The notes: a model not told the origin generated them from the sequence alone. 27,828 nucleotides of DNA from Planctomycetota bacterium (GCA_013202535.1 JABMRP010000905.1:1-27828); one strand, 5' to 3'. Counted from the first letter of the stretch, positions 15,983 to 25,598 are shown. Numbers and translations are program-made.

Positions 15983-18127
15983 ATGAATCGGATTCTCCCA
16001 TTTCTTGGCTGGTTCAAAGACTACCGGAAGGCGGACCTCAGGGCAGACCTTGTCTCCGGAGTGACGGTGGCATTGGTCCTGATTCCGCAATCCATGGCCT
16101 ATGCCCAACTCGCGGGACTCCCTCCATACTATGGCCTTTACGCCTCTTTCTTTCCGCCAATGGTCGCAGCTTTGTTCGGCTGCAGTCGGCAACTGGCCAC
16201 CGGACCGGTTGCGGTGGTCTCCCTCATCACGGCGGCCTCGCTGGAACCGCTCGCGACGGCCGGCAGCTCCGGCTACATCGCTTATGCAATCACGCTCGCC
16301 TTGACGGTCGGAGTATTTCAGTTTGCCTTGGGCGTGTTGAGGCTGGGAGTGGTCGTGAACTTCCTCTCCCACCCCGTCGTCAGTGGATTCACCAACGCCG
16401 CGGCGATCATCATTGCCACCTCTCAACTGTCCAAGTTCTTCGGCGTCCACGTGGACAAGGCCGAGCACCACTACGAGACGATCGGCCGCGTAATCGTCGC
16501 GGCATGGCACTATACTCACTGGCCGACTCTTGGCATGAGTATCCTGGCGCTGATGATCATGTACGGCCTGAAACGGACCTACCCCAGGATTCCCTATGTT
16601 CTGGTGGCCGTCGTTGTGACTTCCGTGATCGCTTGGGCAACCGAATTCGAGCAAAGGCATCATGTTCCGCTTTCGTCCATTATTTCTCCTGAAGTTCGAG
16701 AGTTAGTCCAAAGCTACAATGATTCGACGGTCAAGATGGAGGAGCTTTCGGCCACGCGAACGGCGATGAATCATGAGTTGGCGGCGATCAAGAGAAGTGC
16801 GGGAGATGACTCTCTTGAGTACCTTCACGTCAAGCACGAGGTGGATGCGGCGAATATCCAGATCTATAAGACTAAGGCCTTGACTTGTTCTTACCGGCAT
16901 GAGTTGCGATCATTCCTGTTTACGGGCGTCGTGGAACCTGACGAGTCCCTGCGATTCCATCTTGCCGCCGATGAACTCGCGGATGACCGCGGCGACGGCC
17001 GGACGTGGCGTCTGGCCGTGGGCAACGGGGCTTTTGATAACGGCTCGGTTACCATGACGTCCGGTGGCGCGGTCGTCGGGGCCATTCCCGGGGGGCTTCC
17101 CACGCTGGCCATGCCAAAGTTCAGCATACAAGAGTTTCTCGCCTTGTTGCCGTCGGCGGTGATTATCTCGTTGCTTGGTTTCATGGAAGCAATCTCGATT
17201 GCAAAAGCCATGGCCGCGAAGACCGGGCAGGTGCTCGACCCCAACCAGGAGTTGATTGGGCAAGGGCTGGCGAATATCGTGGGCTCGATCGGTCAGAGCT
17301 ACCCCACCTCCGGCTCGTTTTCCCGGTCCGCCGTCAATTTGCAGTCCGGCGCGGTGTCGGGGTTATCGAGTGTCATCACGAGCATCGCGGTCGCGGTCAC
17401 CCTTCTCCTGTTCACACCCTTGCTGTACCATCTTCCCCAGGCAACCCTGGCAGCGATCATCATGATGGCCGTGATCGGCCTGGTAAGTGTCACCAGTTTC
17501 GTTCACACGTGGCAGACCCACCGGATCGACGGTGGCATTCAAATCATATCGTTTGTTGCCACGCTGGCCTTTGCGCCGCATCTCGACCGAGGTATCATGA
17601 TCGGTGTCGCGCTTTCCCTGACGTTCTATCTCTATAAAGGTATGAAGCCTAACGTCGCCCGTCTATCGCTCAGTGCGGACGGCACGTTTCGCGACGCGGA
17701 ATACTGGGGACTCAGAGAGTGTATTCACATTTCCATGATTCGTTTTGATGCGAGTCTGTTCTTCGCCAATGCAAGTTACTTTGAAGATCTGGTTAACGAA
17801 AGAGTCACGACACTTCCGGAGCTTCGGCACATCCTCCTGGTTGCCAACGGCATCAACGACATGGATGCATCTGGTGAAGACGCGCTGGCCTTGGCCGTGG
17901 ACAACGTGAGAGCCGCGGGCATCGAGTTCTCGATGAGCGGCATTAAGGAGAATGTTCTCGCGCTAATGAAGCGGACACATCTTTACGAGAAGATCGGCGA
18001 GGAAAACATCTTTCCGAGCCAGCCCACGGCTATCAGGACGATTTGGGGCGCGGCCCATCAGGGATCGGAAGAGAAGCGATGCCCTTTAGAGGTGGTCTAT
18101 ATCCTTGAAGAATGTGGTGGAGACTGA
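15983..18127 (+). CDS. sulP: SulP/SLC26 anion permease with STAS domain and an inserted loop domain
   Basis: IPQSMAYAQLAGLP, GLYAS, TGPVAVVSL, NQELIGQG, GSFSRSA and STAS motif DASLFFANA...INDMDASG. Confidence 0.95.
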   Translation: MNRILPFLGWFKDYRKADLRADLVSGVTVALVLIPQSMAYAQLAGLPPYYGLYASFFPPMVAALFGCSRQLATGPVAVVSLITAASLEPLATAGSSGYIAYAITLALTVGVFQFALGVLRLGVVVNFLSHPVVSGFTNAAAIIIATSQLSKFFGVHVDKAEHHYETIGRVIVAAWHYTHWPTLGMSILALMIMYGLKRTYPRIPYVLVAVVVTSVIAWATEFEQRHHVPLSSIISPEVRELVQSYNDSTVKMEELSATRTAMNHELAAIKRSAGDDSLEYLHVKHEVDAANIQIYKTKALTCSYRHELRSFLFTGVVEPDESLRFHLAADELADDRGDGRTWRLAVGNGAFDNGSVTMTSGGAVVGAIPGGLPTLAMPKFSIQEFLALLPSAVIISLLGFMEAISIAKAMAAKTGQVLDPNQELIGQGLANIVGSIGQSYPTSGSFSRSAVNLQSGAVSGLSSVITSIAVAVTLLLFTPLLYHLPQATLAAIIMMAVIGLVSVTSFVHTWQTHRIDGGIQIISFVATLAFAPHLDRGIMIGVALSLTFYLYKGMKPNVARLSLSADGTFRDAEYWGLRECIHISMIRFDASLFFANASYFEDLVNERVTTLPELRHILLVANGINDMDASGEDALALAVDNVRAAGIEFSMSGIKENVLALMKRTHLYEKIGEENIFPSQPTAIRTIWGAAHQGSEEKRCPLEVVYILEECGGD

Positions 18128-18137
18128 GGAGAGACGG

Positions 18138-19385
18138 ATGTCCGTAGTTACGGTGTTTAGCGGTACCTATTGCCGTGGTGATGAAATCACCGGAGGAGTC
18201 GTCGAGGCGCTCGGTTGCGAATTGCTTGACGATGCATACGTCATCCATGAGGCGTCCAAGCGTTTTGGCATCGCAGAGAACAAGCTCATGCGAACGCTTG
18301 CCGGCGGATTGTCCATCTTCAACCGTTTTACGCACGAAAGAGAACGACATGCGAGCTGCCTGAAACTGGTGGTTGCGGAAACCATGAAGAGAGATCGAAT
18401 TGTTCTCTCGGGCTTCTGTGGCCAACTCGTTCCAGCCGACCTGTCTCATGTACTGAGCGTCTGCATCATCGCAGACATCGGGTATCGCTGCGACTTGGCC
18501 ATGCAAACACTCGGCGTCTCCGAGAAGGAGGCGCGGAGGACCATCCAAGAGAGTGATGAAATGAGCACGCGGTGGACCGACTTCGTCTTGGGGAAATCTC
18601 CTTGGGATTCGGACATCTACGATGTATTCATACCGACCAATCGGGTAGAAGTCGACGAAGCCGTGAAGCTGGTCTGTCGCAATGCCCATAGCGGCGCACT
18701 CGTGCCCACGGAAGACTCCCTGCGGGCGGTGGATGATTTCATTCTTGCAGCGCAAGTGGAAGTCATGCTGGGCACAAGGGGGCATGACGTTGCCGTCTCC
18801 GCCAGAGGCGGCAACGTGACATTGGTAATAAACAAGCACACCGTCTTGCTCTCCCGCTTGGAAGGGGAGTTGAAGCGCATCGCCCAGGACGTCGAAGGAG
18901 TAAAGGACGTCGAGACCAAGGTCGGGCCGGGGTTTTACCAACCGGGAGTCTACCGGCAGTTCAACCCGGAGTTGCCCAGTAAGGTCCTCTTGGTGGACGA
19001 CGAGAAGGAGTTCGTGGAAACGTTGTCGGAACGACTCGAAATGCGAGACATGGGCTCGACCGTTGTCTACAGCGGCGAGCAGGCCCTGTCTCTGGTCCGG
19101 GAAGAAGAGCCGGAAGTGATGGTGTTGGATCTTCGAATGCCCGGCGTGAATGGGATCGAAGTCCTCCGAGAAATCAAGCAGACGCACCGGCACGTCGAGG
19201 TGATCGTGCTCACCGGCCACGGTTCCAAGAAGGACGAGGAGACGTGTATGAAACTGGGCGCATTTGCCTACCTGCAAAAGCCGGTCGATATCGAGAAGCT
19301 TTCTCGTACCATGCGGGAAGCCTACGAAGAAGTGAAGGCGAAACAGAAGAAGCCCCGCGTGAATCGCGCAAAGGAAGGTGAATAA
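18138..19385 (+). CDS. Cytidylate-kinase-like + BON + receiver-domain protein
   Basis: N-terminal VVTVFSGTYCRG and YDVFIPT; BON-like AAQVEVML...VEGVKDV; C-terminal receiver LLVDDE...VLDLRMP...LTGHG...QKP. GAGGAG precedes ATG 18138. Confidence 0.85.
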   Translation: MSVVTVFSGTYCRGDEITGGVVEALGCELLDDAYVIHEASKRFGIAENKLMRTLAGGLSIFNRFTHERERHASCLKLVVAETMKRDRIVLSGFCGQLVPADLSHVLSVCIIADIGYRCDLAMQTLGVSEKEARRTIQESDEMSTRWTDFVLGKSPWDSDIYDVFIPTNRVEVDEAVKLVCRNAHSGALVPTEDSLRAVDDFILAAQVEVMLGTRGHDVAVSARGGNVTLVINKHTVLLSRLEGELKRIAQDVEGVKDVETKVGPGFYQPGVYRQFNPELPSKVLLVDDEKEFVETLSERLEMRDMGSTVVYSGEQALSLVREEEPEVMVLDLRMPGVNGIEVLREIKQTHRHVEVIVLTGHGSKKDEETCMKLGAFAYLQKPVDIEKLSRTMREAYEEVKAKQKKPRVNRAKEGE

Positions 19386-20182
19386 TGTCTATCATCACAA
19401 TTTCCAGAGGATCGTACAGCAGAGGAAAGGAGGTGGCTGAGAAGGTCGCTCAAAGGCTGGGCTACGAATGCCTCTCCCGCGACGTCATCATTGAAGCCTG
19501 TGACGAGTACAATGTGCCGGAAATCAAATTGGTCCGGGCCATTCAATACGCCCCATCCATTCTGGAACGTTTCACGGGAGGGAAATTGCGGTTTCTCGCC
19601 TACTTTCAGGCTGCTCTCATGGAGCATTTCCAGAGGGACAACGTGGTATACCACGGCCTGGCCGGCCACTTCTTCGTCAAGAATATCCCGCACGTGCTCA
19701 AGGTCCGGATCATTGCCGAGATGGAAGATCGTGTTAAACTTGAAATGAAGCGCGAGGGGATCTCGGCGAGAGAGGCGTTACGGATCCTGAGCAGCGATGA
19801 CGACGAACGAAGAAAATGGAGCCGCTACGCTTTTGGAATCGACACTTGGGATCCCTCTTCGTACGATCTCGTCCTCCATATCAAGAAGCTTACCGGCGAC
19901 GAGGCGGCGGACTTGATTTGCCACACGGTTGCCCTGGAACACTTTCACGCAACCCCCCAATCGCAACAGGCGATGGACAACCTGACGGTTGCCGCAAGGG
20001 TGAAAGCCGCTTTGATCGACCGGAAGCCGGAAGTCGAAGTATCCGCGGAGAACGGAGTTGTCCGCGTGAAGATCAAGAGTTCACAACTTCGAGAGGAATG
20101 GCGCATTGAGAAACTTGCCAAGGCTGTTCCAGGCGTGCAACAAGTCCAGATCGAGGCGCAAGAAATCAGCCTCACACCGTGA
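19385..20182 (+). CDS. Cytidylate-kinase-like + BON protein
   Basis: IITISRGSYSRGKEVA, LKVRIIAEMEDRV, DDDERRKW and YDLVL; BON-like AARVKAAL...VPGVQQV. TAATG overlap with the previous gene. Confidence 0.87.
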   Translation: MSIITISRGSYSRGKEVAEKVAQRLGYECLSRDVIIEACDEYNVPEIKLVRAIQYAPSILERFTGGKLRFLAYFQAALMEHFQRDNVVYHGLAGHFFVKNIPHVLKVRIIAEMEDRVKLEMKREGISAREALRILSSDDDERRKWSRYAFGIDTWDPSSYDLVLHIKKLTGDEAADLICHTVALEHFHATPQSQQAMDNLTVAARVKAALIDRKPEVEVSAENGVVRVKIKSSQLREEWRIEKLAKAVPGVQQVQIEAQEISLTP

Positions 20183-20206
20183 ATTCATGCGTGATAGGCA
20201 TCGCCG

Positions 20207-21925
20207 ATGAATACAGATTCGCCGAGCAAACCGATTCCTGTCTCGCGCAGTGAGCGCGATCCGAAGGGAGGGTTTCATGCCCACTATCGCCGGCTCTGGT
20301 TGTATTCCGTCTGCGTCACGGCCTTCGTGTCGTTGACGCCCCTGGTGATTTTCACCTGGGTGAACTTCTACCAGTACAGAAAAGCACTCCGGGAGGAGGT
20401 GATTCATCCGATTTCCCGGCTCGCGTCCATCTCGAGACGATTCATGGATGATTTCCTTGAGGAGCGTCGGGCGGCGCTGACCTATGTGGCCCGACGTGAA
20501 TCGTATGAGGACCTATGCGATCGGGAGAAACTCAGCCGCACGCTCATGGACATGAAAGAGTCGTTCGGTGGTTTCGTCGATCTGGGGGTGATTGACTCAG
20601 ACGGGAATCAGCGATCCTACGCGGGACCTTATGAACTGGAGGGGCTGAACTACAAGGAACAAGACTGGTTCGAGGAGGTCTGTGTTCGAGGGATCCACGT
20701 AAGCGACGTCTTCCGCGGCTACCGCAACTTGCCCCACTTCGTGGTCGCCGTCCGGCAGCACGACATCGAGAACGGGAACTTCTACATCGTTAGAGCGACC
20801 ATCGACGCGGAAGTACTCAACTCGTACATTTCCTCACTTGACCTCAAACCGTCGAGCGATGTCTTCCTCATCAACCGGAAAGGTGTGTTGCAGACCGCGT
20901 CGCGTCACAATGGGGCGGTCTTGGACCAGTGCCCCATGGCAGTTCCGCCCTTCTCGTCAAGAACGGAAGTACTGGAAACAGCCGGCGAGAAGGGAGAGCC
21001 CGGAATTCTCGCGTATGCCTATATCGAACACTCGCCATTCATCTTCGTTGTCCTGAAGCATCCGGAACACGTTATGGAAAGCTGGTTGCTCGTTCGAAGC
21101 AATATCCTCTGGTTTTTAGGTACGAGTATTGTTCTTATCGTGGTCGTCATACTCTGGAGTTCGACGGCCCTGGTTAACCGCATCCGGGACGCGGATCACA
21201 GGCACGACAACACCCTTCATGCGATTGCATACACCAACAAGATGGCTTCCATCGGCAGGATGGCGGCGGGCGTGGCCCACGAGATAAACAATCCTTTGGC
21301 CATTATCAATGAGAACGCCGGCCTGCTCAAGGATCTGGTTTCCATCGACGATAAACCACTCGAAAGGGATCGGCTCCTGAGAATGGCTGAGAAGGTCATC
21401 CGATCCGTGGTGAGATGCAGCAGCATCACCCACCGCCTGCTGGGCTTTGCCAAGAGGATGGATCCTGCGATCGAACGTTTCGCGCTCGGGCCTCTTCTTG
21501 AGGAAATATTGAGTTTTTTCGGCAAAGAGACGGAGTACCGCAGGATAGCCGTCAACTTCGACGTCCCGGAGGATCTGCCAATGGTCGAGAGTGACCTTGG
21601 GCAACTCCAGCAAGTGTTCCTGAATATCTTGAGCAACGCTTTTGCCGCGGTTGCCGAGGGAGGGCAGGTCGACATTTCCGTGGAGGCGGTGGACGAAAAC
21701 ATGGTCACGGTCAGGATCCATGACAACGGCGTCGGAATCCCCGAGGAGCACATTGACCATATCTTTGAACCCTTCTTCAGCACCAAGGGCGAGTACGGTA
21801 CCGGACTGGGCCTTTCCATAACGTATGGCATTGTCGAGAACCTGGAAGGCCGGATAGCCGTTCAGAGCACGGTCGGCGAAGGCACCACCTTCACCGTGCT
21901 GCTGCCTATTGCGATGCGGAGATAA
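20207..21925 (+). CDS. Sensor histidine kinase with two TMs and a Cache-type sensor domain
   Basis: TM1, then Cache-like GVIDSDG...YAGPY...WF...SDVFRGYRNLPHF, then TM2; H box GVAHEINNP, N box QVFLNILSNA, DNGVG, FFSTK, GTGLGL. Confidence 0.93.
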   Translation: MNTDSPSKPIPVSRSERDPKGGFHAHYRRLWLYSVCVTAFVSLTPLVIFTWVNFYQYRKALREEVIHPISRLASISRRFMDDFLEERRAALTYVARRESYEDLCDREKLSRTLMDMKESFGGFVDLGVIDSDGNQRSYAGPYELEGLNYKEQDWFEEVCVRGIHVSDVFRGYRNLPHFVVAVRQHDIENGNFYIVRATIDAEVLNSYISSLDLKPSSDVFLINRKGVLQTASRHNGAVLDQCPMAVPPFSSRTEVLETAGEKGEPGILAYAYIEHSPFIFVVLKHPEHVMESWLLVRSNILWFLGTSIVLIVVVILWSSTALVNRIRDADHRHDNTLHAIAYTNKMASIGRMAAGVAHEINNPLAIINENAGLLKDLVSIDDKPLERDRLLRMAEKVIRSVVRCSSITHRLLGFAKRMDPAIERFALGPLLEEILSFFGKETEYRRIAVNFDVPEDLPMVESDLGQLQQVFLNILSNAFAAVAEGGQVDISVEAVDENMVTVRIHDNGVGIPEEHIDHIFEPFFSTKGEYGTGLGLSITYGIVENLEGRIAVQSTVGEGTTFTVLLPIAMRR

Positions 21926-21928
21926 TCG

Positions 21929-22294
21929 ATGAAACAGCTTAAGATACTGCTCGTTGACGATGAAGAGGACTTGACTTCCACCATGGTGGAACGTCTCGGA
22001 CTTCGCGACTTTCAGGTTGAGGCGGCCACTAGCGGGATCGACGCACTGAAACGCGTAAGCGAGGGAGATTTCGACGTGCTCGTCCTCGACGTCAAAATGC
22101 CCGGAATCGGCGGCCTGCAAGTGATGGCGGAGATCAAGCGCCAACACCTGGATCTCCCGGTCATCCTGCTTACCGGTCACGGCTCCGCCGCCGATGCTGA
22201 AAGAGGGATGAAAGAGGGAGCTTCCGACTATCTTATGAAGCCAATCGACATCGACACACTGGTCGAGAAGATCCGCAACGCGGTGCAATCATAA
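21929..22294 (+). CDS. Stand-alone response regulator (receiver only)
   Basis: LLVDDE, VLDVKMP, LLTGHG and LMKP. Confidence 0.92.
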   Translation: MKQLKILLVDDEEDLTSTMVERLGLRDFQVEAATSGIDALKRVSEGDFDVLVLDVKMPGIGGLQVMAEIKRQHLDLPVILLTGHGSAADAERGMKEGASDYLMKPIDIDTLVEKIRNAVQS

Positions 22295-22307
22295 CGGAGG
22301 ATTGGTT

Positions 22308-22739
22308 ATGGCAAATGAGAAAGTGTTGCTGGTGGATGATGAACGAGAATTCACGCAAATACTCTCGGAACGAATGGTGTCCAGAGGTGTCGACGTCGAT
22401 ACCGCGGCAAGCGGAAGTGAGGCCGTCCAGAAGGCGAAGGATGCATCGTACGATGCGATTATCCTTGATCTTGCCATGCCGGAGATGGATGGGATTGACA
22501 CGCTGAAGCGTCTGCTGGAGATGAACGCCGACCTGCAAGTGATTTTGTTGACGGGTTACGCCACCGTTCAGAAGGGCAGCGAGGCCATTGAGCTCGGCGC
22601 AATGGATTTCCTGGAAAAGCCCACCGAGATTCATAAACTCATGGAGATGATCCAGCGGGCCAAGGCCAACAAGATGCTGCTTGTCGAGAAGCAGTCCGAG
22701 GAGAGAATCAAGGGTGTATTGGAGCCCAAGGAGCGGTAG
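22308..22739 (+). CDS. Stand-alone response regulator with a short helical tail
   Basis: LLVDDE, ILDLAMP, LLTGYA and LEKP; GGAGG 7 nt before ATG 22308. Confidence 0.92.
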   Translation: MANEKVLLVDDEREFTQILSERMVSRGVDVDTAASGSEAVQKAKDASYDAIILDLAMPEMDGIDTLKRLLEMNADLQVILLTGYATVQKGSEAIELGAMDFLEKPTEIHKLMEMIQRAKANKMLLVEKQSEERIKGVLEPKER

Positions 22740-22825
22740 GCCTTTCTTTTCTTCCGCGTCGACTTTGAGCCTCACCCGATTCGTTGTGGAATACGCTATC
22801 GTCTTGGACGATGGAGATTGGCCGT

Positions 22826-24181
22826 ATGTTTCGTGATCGTTCCAGGGCCCCCCGGCGGGCGATGTTATTGGCGATGATCGGCGTGTTGGTGGCCGTTGTG
22901 TTGGCGGTAGCCATGACGGTTTGGCTGGTTTTCGAAGTGCGCAAGGAACAACAGGCCATTGCCGAACTACTCCGTGACGAATCCGGCTCCGTTAACACTC
23001 GGGTAAGTGCTTTGCCGGCTGAATTGCGAATACAACTAGTGTTCTCGATCCTGGTGCTCGCCGTCCTGGTCGTGGCTGCCATTGCTTTACTGCGGGTTTT
23101 CCTCGCATATCTGGCGAGCCAGAAGAGTTTGCATGAAGTCAAGAATCTCTCCTGGAACATATTCGCCAGCATGGACCGTGCGGTCGTGACGACCGACTGT
23201 CACGGTCTGATTACGAGCATGAATCCAGCCGCATACACACTGCTGCACATTGGCTCGGAATGCGTTGGGCAACCACTGACAGACATCAGCACGAACGAGG
23301 TGTCCCTGGATCGACTCAGTCACCAAGTCCTGCAATCGAATAACCCCGTCCGTGATTGCGAGTACTCCGTCGTACGGGGCCCACGGAAGCATCGGCTACG
23401 AATTGACTGCCATTTGCTGGTCGATACTGACAAGAGAGTCTTTGGGACCGCGTTGTATGTACGCGACATAACGGACCGCATACTGGTGGGAGAACGTATC
23501 CGGCGAATGGAACGTTTCCTCGGACTGGGATCACTTGCCGCCGGCTTGCAGCATGAGATCAAGAACCCTCTGAGCGCCTTGTCTCTCCACGTTCAACTAC
23601 TCGAAGAGCACTTGCAGGGCGAATCGGACGCGGAAGTTACCGAGGATCTTGGCGTATTGAAAACAGAGATGAGGCGAATCAGTGGAGTTTTGGAGAGTTT
23701 TCAGGATTTTGCCACGCTTGACACACTCAACCGCTCGGTGACCGGCATCGCCCAGATTGTGCGGCGGACCGTGCGCCTTGTCCGGCCGCAGGCCGAAGGC
23801 CAAAATGTTCAGATCGCAGTAGCGACACCTACAGGCGAACTCCCGCCAGTCTCCGTTGATGTTGCCAAATTAGAGCAAGTCCTCTTGAATATCATCCTCA
23901 ACGCACTTGAAGAAATGCCTACCGGCGGACAGTTGAAAATCCATCTGGGCCACGATGAGGATACGGCGTGGATTGAAATCACGGACACGGGTCCCGGTAT
24001 CCCGGAGAAAGTCCAGCCCCGGATTTTCGACCCGTATTTTACGACCAAGAGCGAAGGCTCGGGGATGGGACTTGCCGTGTGCGAGAAAATCATCCAACAG
24101 CATTCCGGCCAGCTTGACTTTGACACGGGGCCAAACGGCACCACTTTTCGCCTTTCTCTGCCAGCGGAACCGGTCTCATGA
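22826..24181 (+). CDS. PAS-domain sensor histidine kinase (NtrB-like)
   Basis: Two TMs, PAS (AVVTTDCHGLITSMNPAA), H box GLQHEIKNP, N box LNIILNA, DTGPG, YFTTK and GSGMGL. Start uncertain (22784, 22811 or 22826). Confidence 0.92.
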   Translation: MFRDRSRAPRRAMLLAMIGVLVAVVLAVAMTVWLVFEVRKEQQAIAELLRDESGSVNTRVSALPAELRIQLVFSILVLAVLVVAAIALLRVFLAYLASQKSLHEVKNLSWNIFASMDRAVVTTDCHGLITSMNPAAYTLLHIGSECVGQPLTDISTNEVSLDRLSHQVLQSNNPVRDCEYSVVRGPRKHRLRIDCHLLVDTDKRVFGTALYVRDITDRILVGERIRRMERFLGLGSLAAGLQHEIKNPLSALSLHVQLLEEHLQGESDAEVTEDLGVLKTEMRRISGVLESFQDFATLDTLNRSVTGIAQIVRRTVRLVRPQAEGQNVQIAVATPTGELPPVSVDVAKLEQVLLNIILNALEEMPTGGQLKIHLGHDEDTAWIEITDTGPGIPEKVQPRIFDPYFTTKSEGSGMGLAVCEKIIQQHSGQLDFDTGPNGTTFRLSLPAEPVS

Positions 24182-25530
24182 ATACAAACGGGATTCGGAT
24201 TCTGGTTGTTGATGACGAGCCGAACGTGCGGGCGGGCTTGGCCAAGGGCCTCCGCGGCGACGAGACGTCGGTTGAGACGGCAAAGGACGGGACCGAGGCG
24301 TTGCAGAAGTTTGAAAATGCCGGGCACCAAATCGTCATTACCGATGTTCGGCTGCCGGGGAAGCTGGATGGCCTTCACCTTCTGAAGATGTTTCGCGACA
24401 GACGCCCGGAGACCTTGGTAATCGTGATTACCGCGTACGACACAATCGACATGGCCGTGGAGGCCATGCGGCTTGGTGCCTATGACTTCGTCACCAAGCC
24501 GGTGGACTTGAACCTCATCCGCCTACAGGTCCGGAAGGCCGCGGAACATCGCCGTCTCGTATTGGAAAACCGGCAACTTCGCGATCGCCTTGCGGGAACG
24601 GGCGAGGATCTTGAAATCATCGGCAATTGTGCAGCCACGCGAGAGCTCCTTCGCCAGATTCGCCAGGTGGCTGAAACCGACGCTACCGTTCTGATTCACG
24701 GGGAGAGCGGCACCGGTAAGGAACTGACCGCCAGGGCGATCCATCGTTTCAGTCCGCGACAGCAACGCCCGTTCGTCACGGTCCATCTGGGAGCGCTTCC
24801 CGAGACGCTGCTCGAAAGCGAATTGTTTGGCCACGAGAAAGGGGCCTTTACCGACGCCCGCAGCCGAAAAATTGGCCATTTCGAGGCGGCTAACGGCGGC
24901 ACGCTATTCCTCGATGAAATTACGGAGACGTCGGCTAAGAGCCAGGTCGACTTGCTTCGCGTAATCGAGCATCAGGAGTTCCGGCGTCTCGGCGGAAACG
25001 AGTTGATCTCCTGCGATGTTCGCATTGTTGCGGCGACCAATAGCGATATTCGGGATCTGGTACACGCCGGCAAGTTTCGGGAGGATCTATACTATCGACT
25101 CGACGTCATCCCCCTGCAAATCCCGTCCCTGCGCGAGCGCCGTGAAGACATACCTTTGCTTGTCGAACATTTTGCCCGGCATTTATGCCAGCGCCACCAA
25201 CGCCACATTAAGCGATTTGCGAACGAAGCGATGCAAGTCCTTGCGAGCCATAGCTGGCCGGGCAACATCCGACAGATCCGCAATCTGGTGGAACGTCTCG
25301 TCGTTACCGTGGACGGTGACGTGATCCATGCCGAAGACCTCCCAAATGAAATGCGGACGCACCCTCGGCAAATCGAGAAGACGCTGGAGGCGGCCGTGGA
25401 AGCTACGGAAAGGCAGGTGATCGTCGCCGCATTGGCTGAGTGTGACAACCATCGCGAACGTACCGCCAAGCGACTCGATATCAGCGTCCGTACCCTCCAC
25501 TACAAGATGCGTCGCTACGGTCTTCATTGA
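24178..25530 (+). CDS. Sigma54-dependent response regulator (REC-AAA+-Fis HTH; NtrC/AtoC family)
   Basis: Receiver (ITDVRLP), Walker A GESGTGKE, ESELFGHEKGAFTDA, FLDEI, FREDLYYRL, WPGNIRQ and C-terminal HTH. ATGA overlap with the kinase. Confidence 0.95.
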   Translation: MNTNGIRILVVDDEPNVRAGLAKGLRGDETSVETAKDGTEALQKFENAGHQIVITDVRLPGKLDGLHLLKMFRDRRPETLVIVITAYDTIDMAVEAMRLGAYDFVTKPVDLNLIRLQVRKAAEHRRLVLENRQLRDRLAGTGEDLEIIGNCAATRELLRQIRQVAETDATVLIHGESGTGKELTARAIHRFSPRQQRPFVTVHLGALPETLLESELFGHEKGAFTDARSRKIGHFEAANGGTLFLDEITETSAKSQVDLLRVIEHQEFRRLGGNELISCDVRIVAATNSDIRDLVHAGKFREDLYYRLDVIPLQIPSLRERREDIPLLVEHFARHLCQRHQRHIKRFANEAMQVLASHSWPGNIRQIRNLVERLVVTVDGDVIHAEDLPNEMRTHPRQIEKTLEAAVEATERQVIVAALAECDNHRERTAKRLDISVRTLHYKMRRYGLH

Positions 25531-25598
25531 GTCATTCGCCTCGCTGGTCCAGGAACTCTGACGCGTGCGGATCGGTTCTCCGGTCACGCACTGCTTGC

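Noticed and set aside
15713-22288. Long minus-strand ORFs 15713-16663, 18033-19277 and 21116-22288
   Set aside because: Antisense to well-supported genes, with no motifs; expected from codon bias. The same applies to 4665-5753, 5793-6851, 6845-7831 and 26173-27243.
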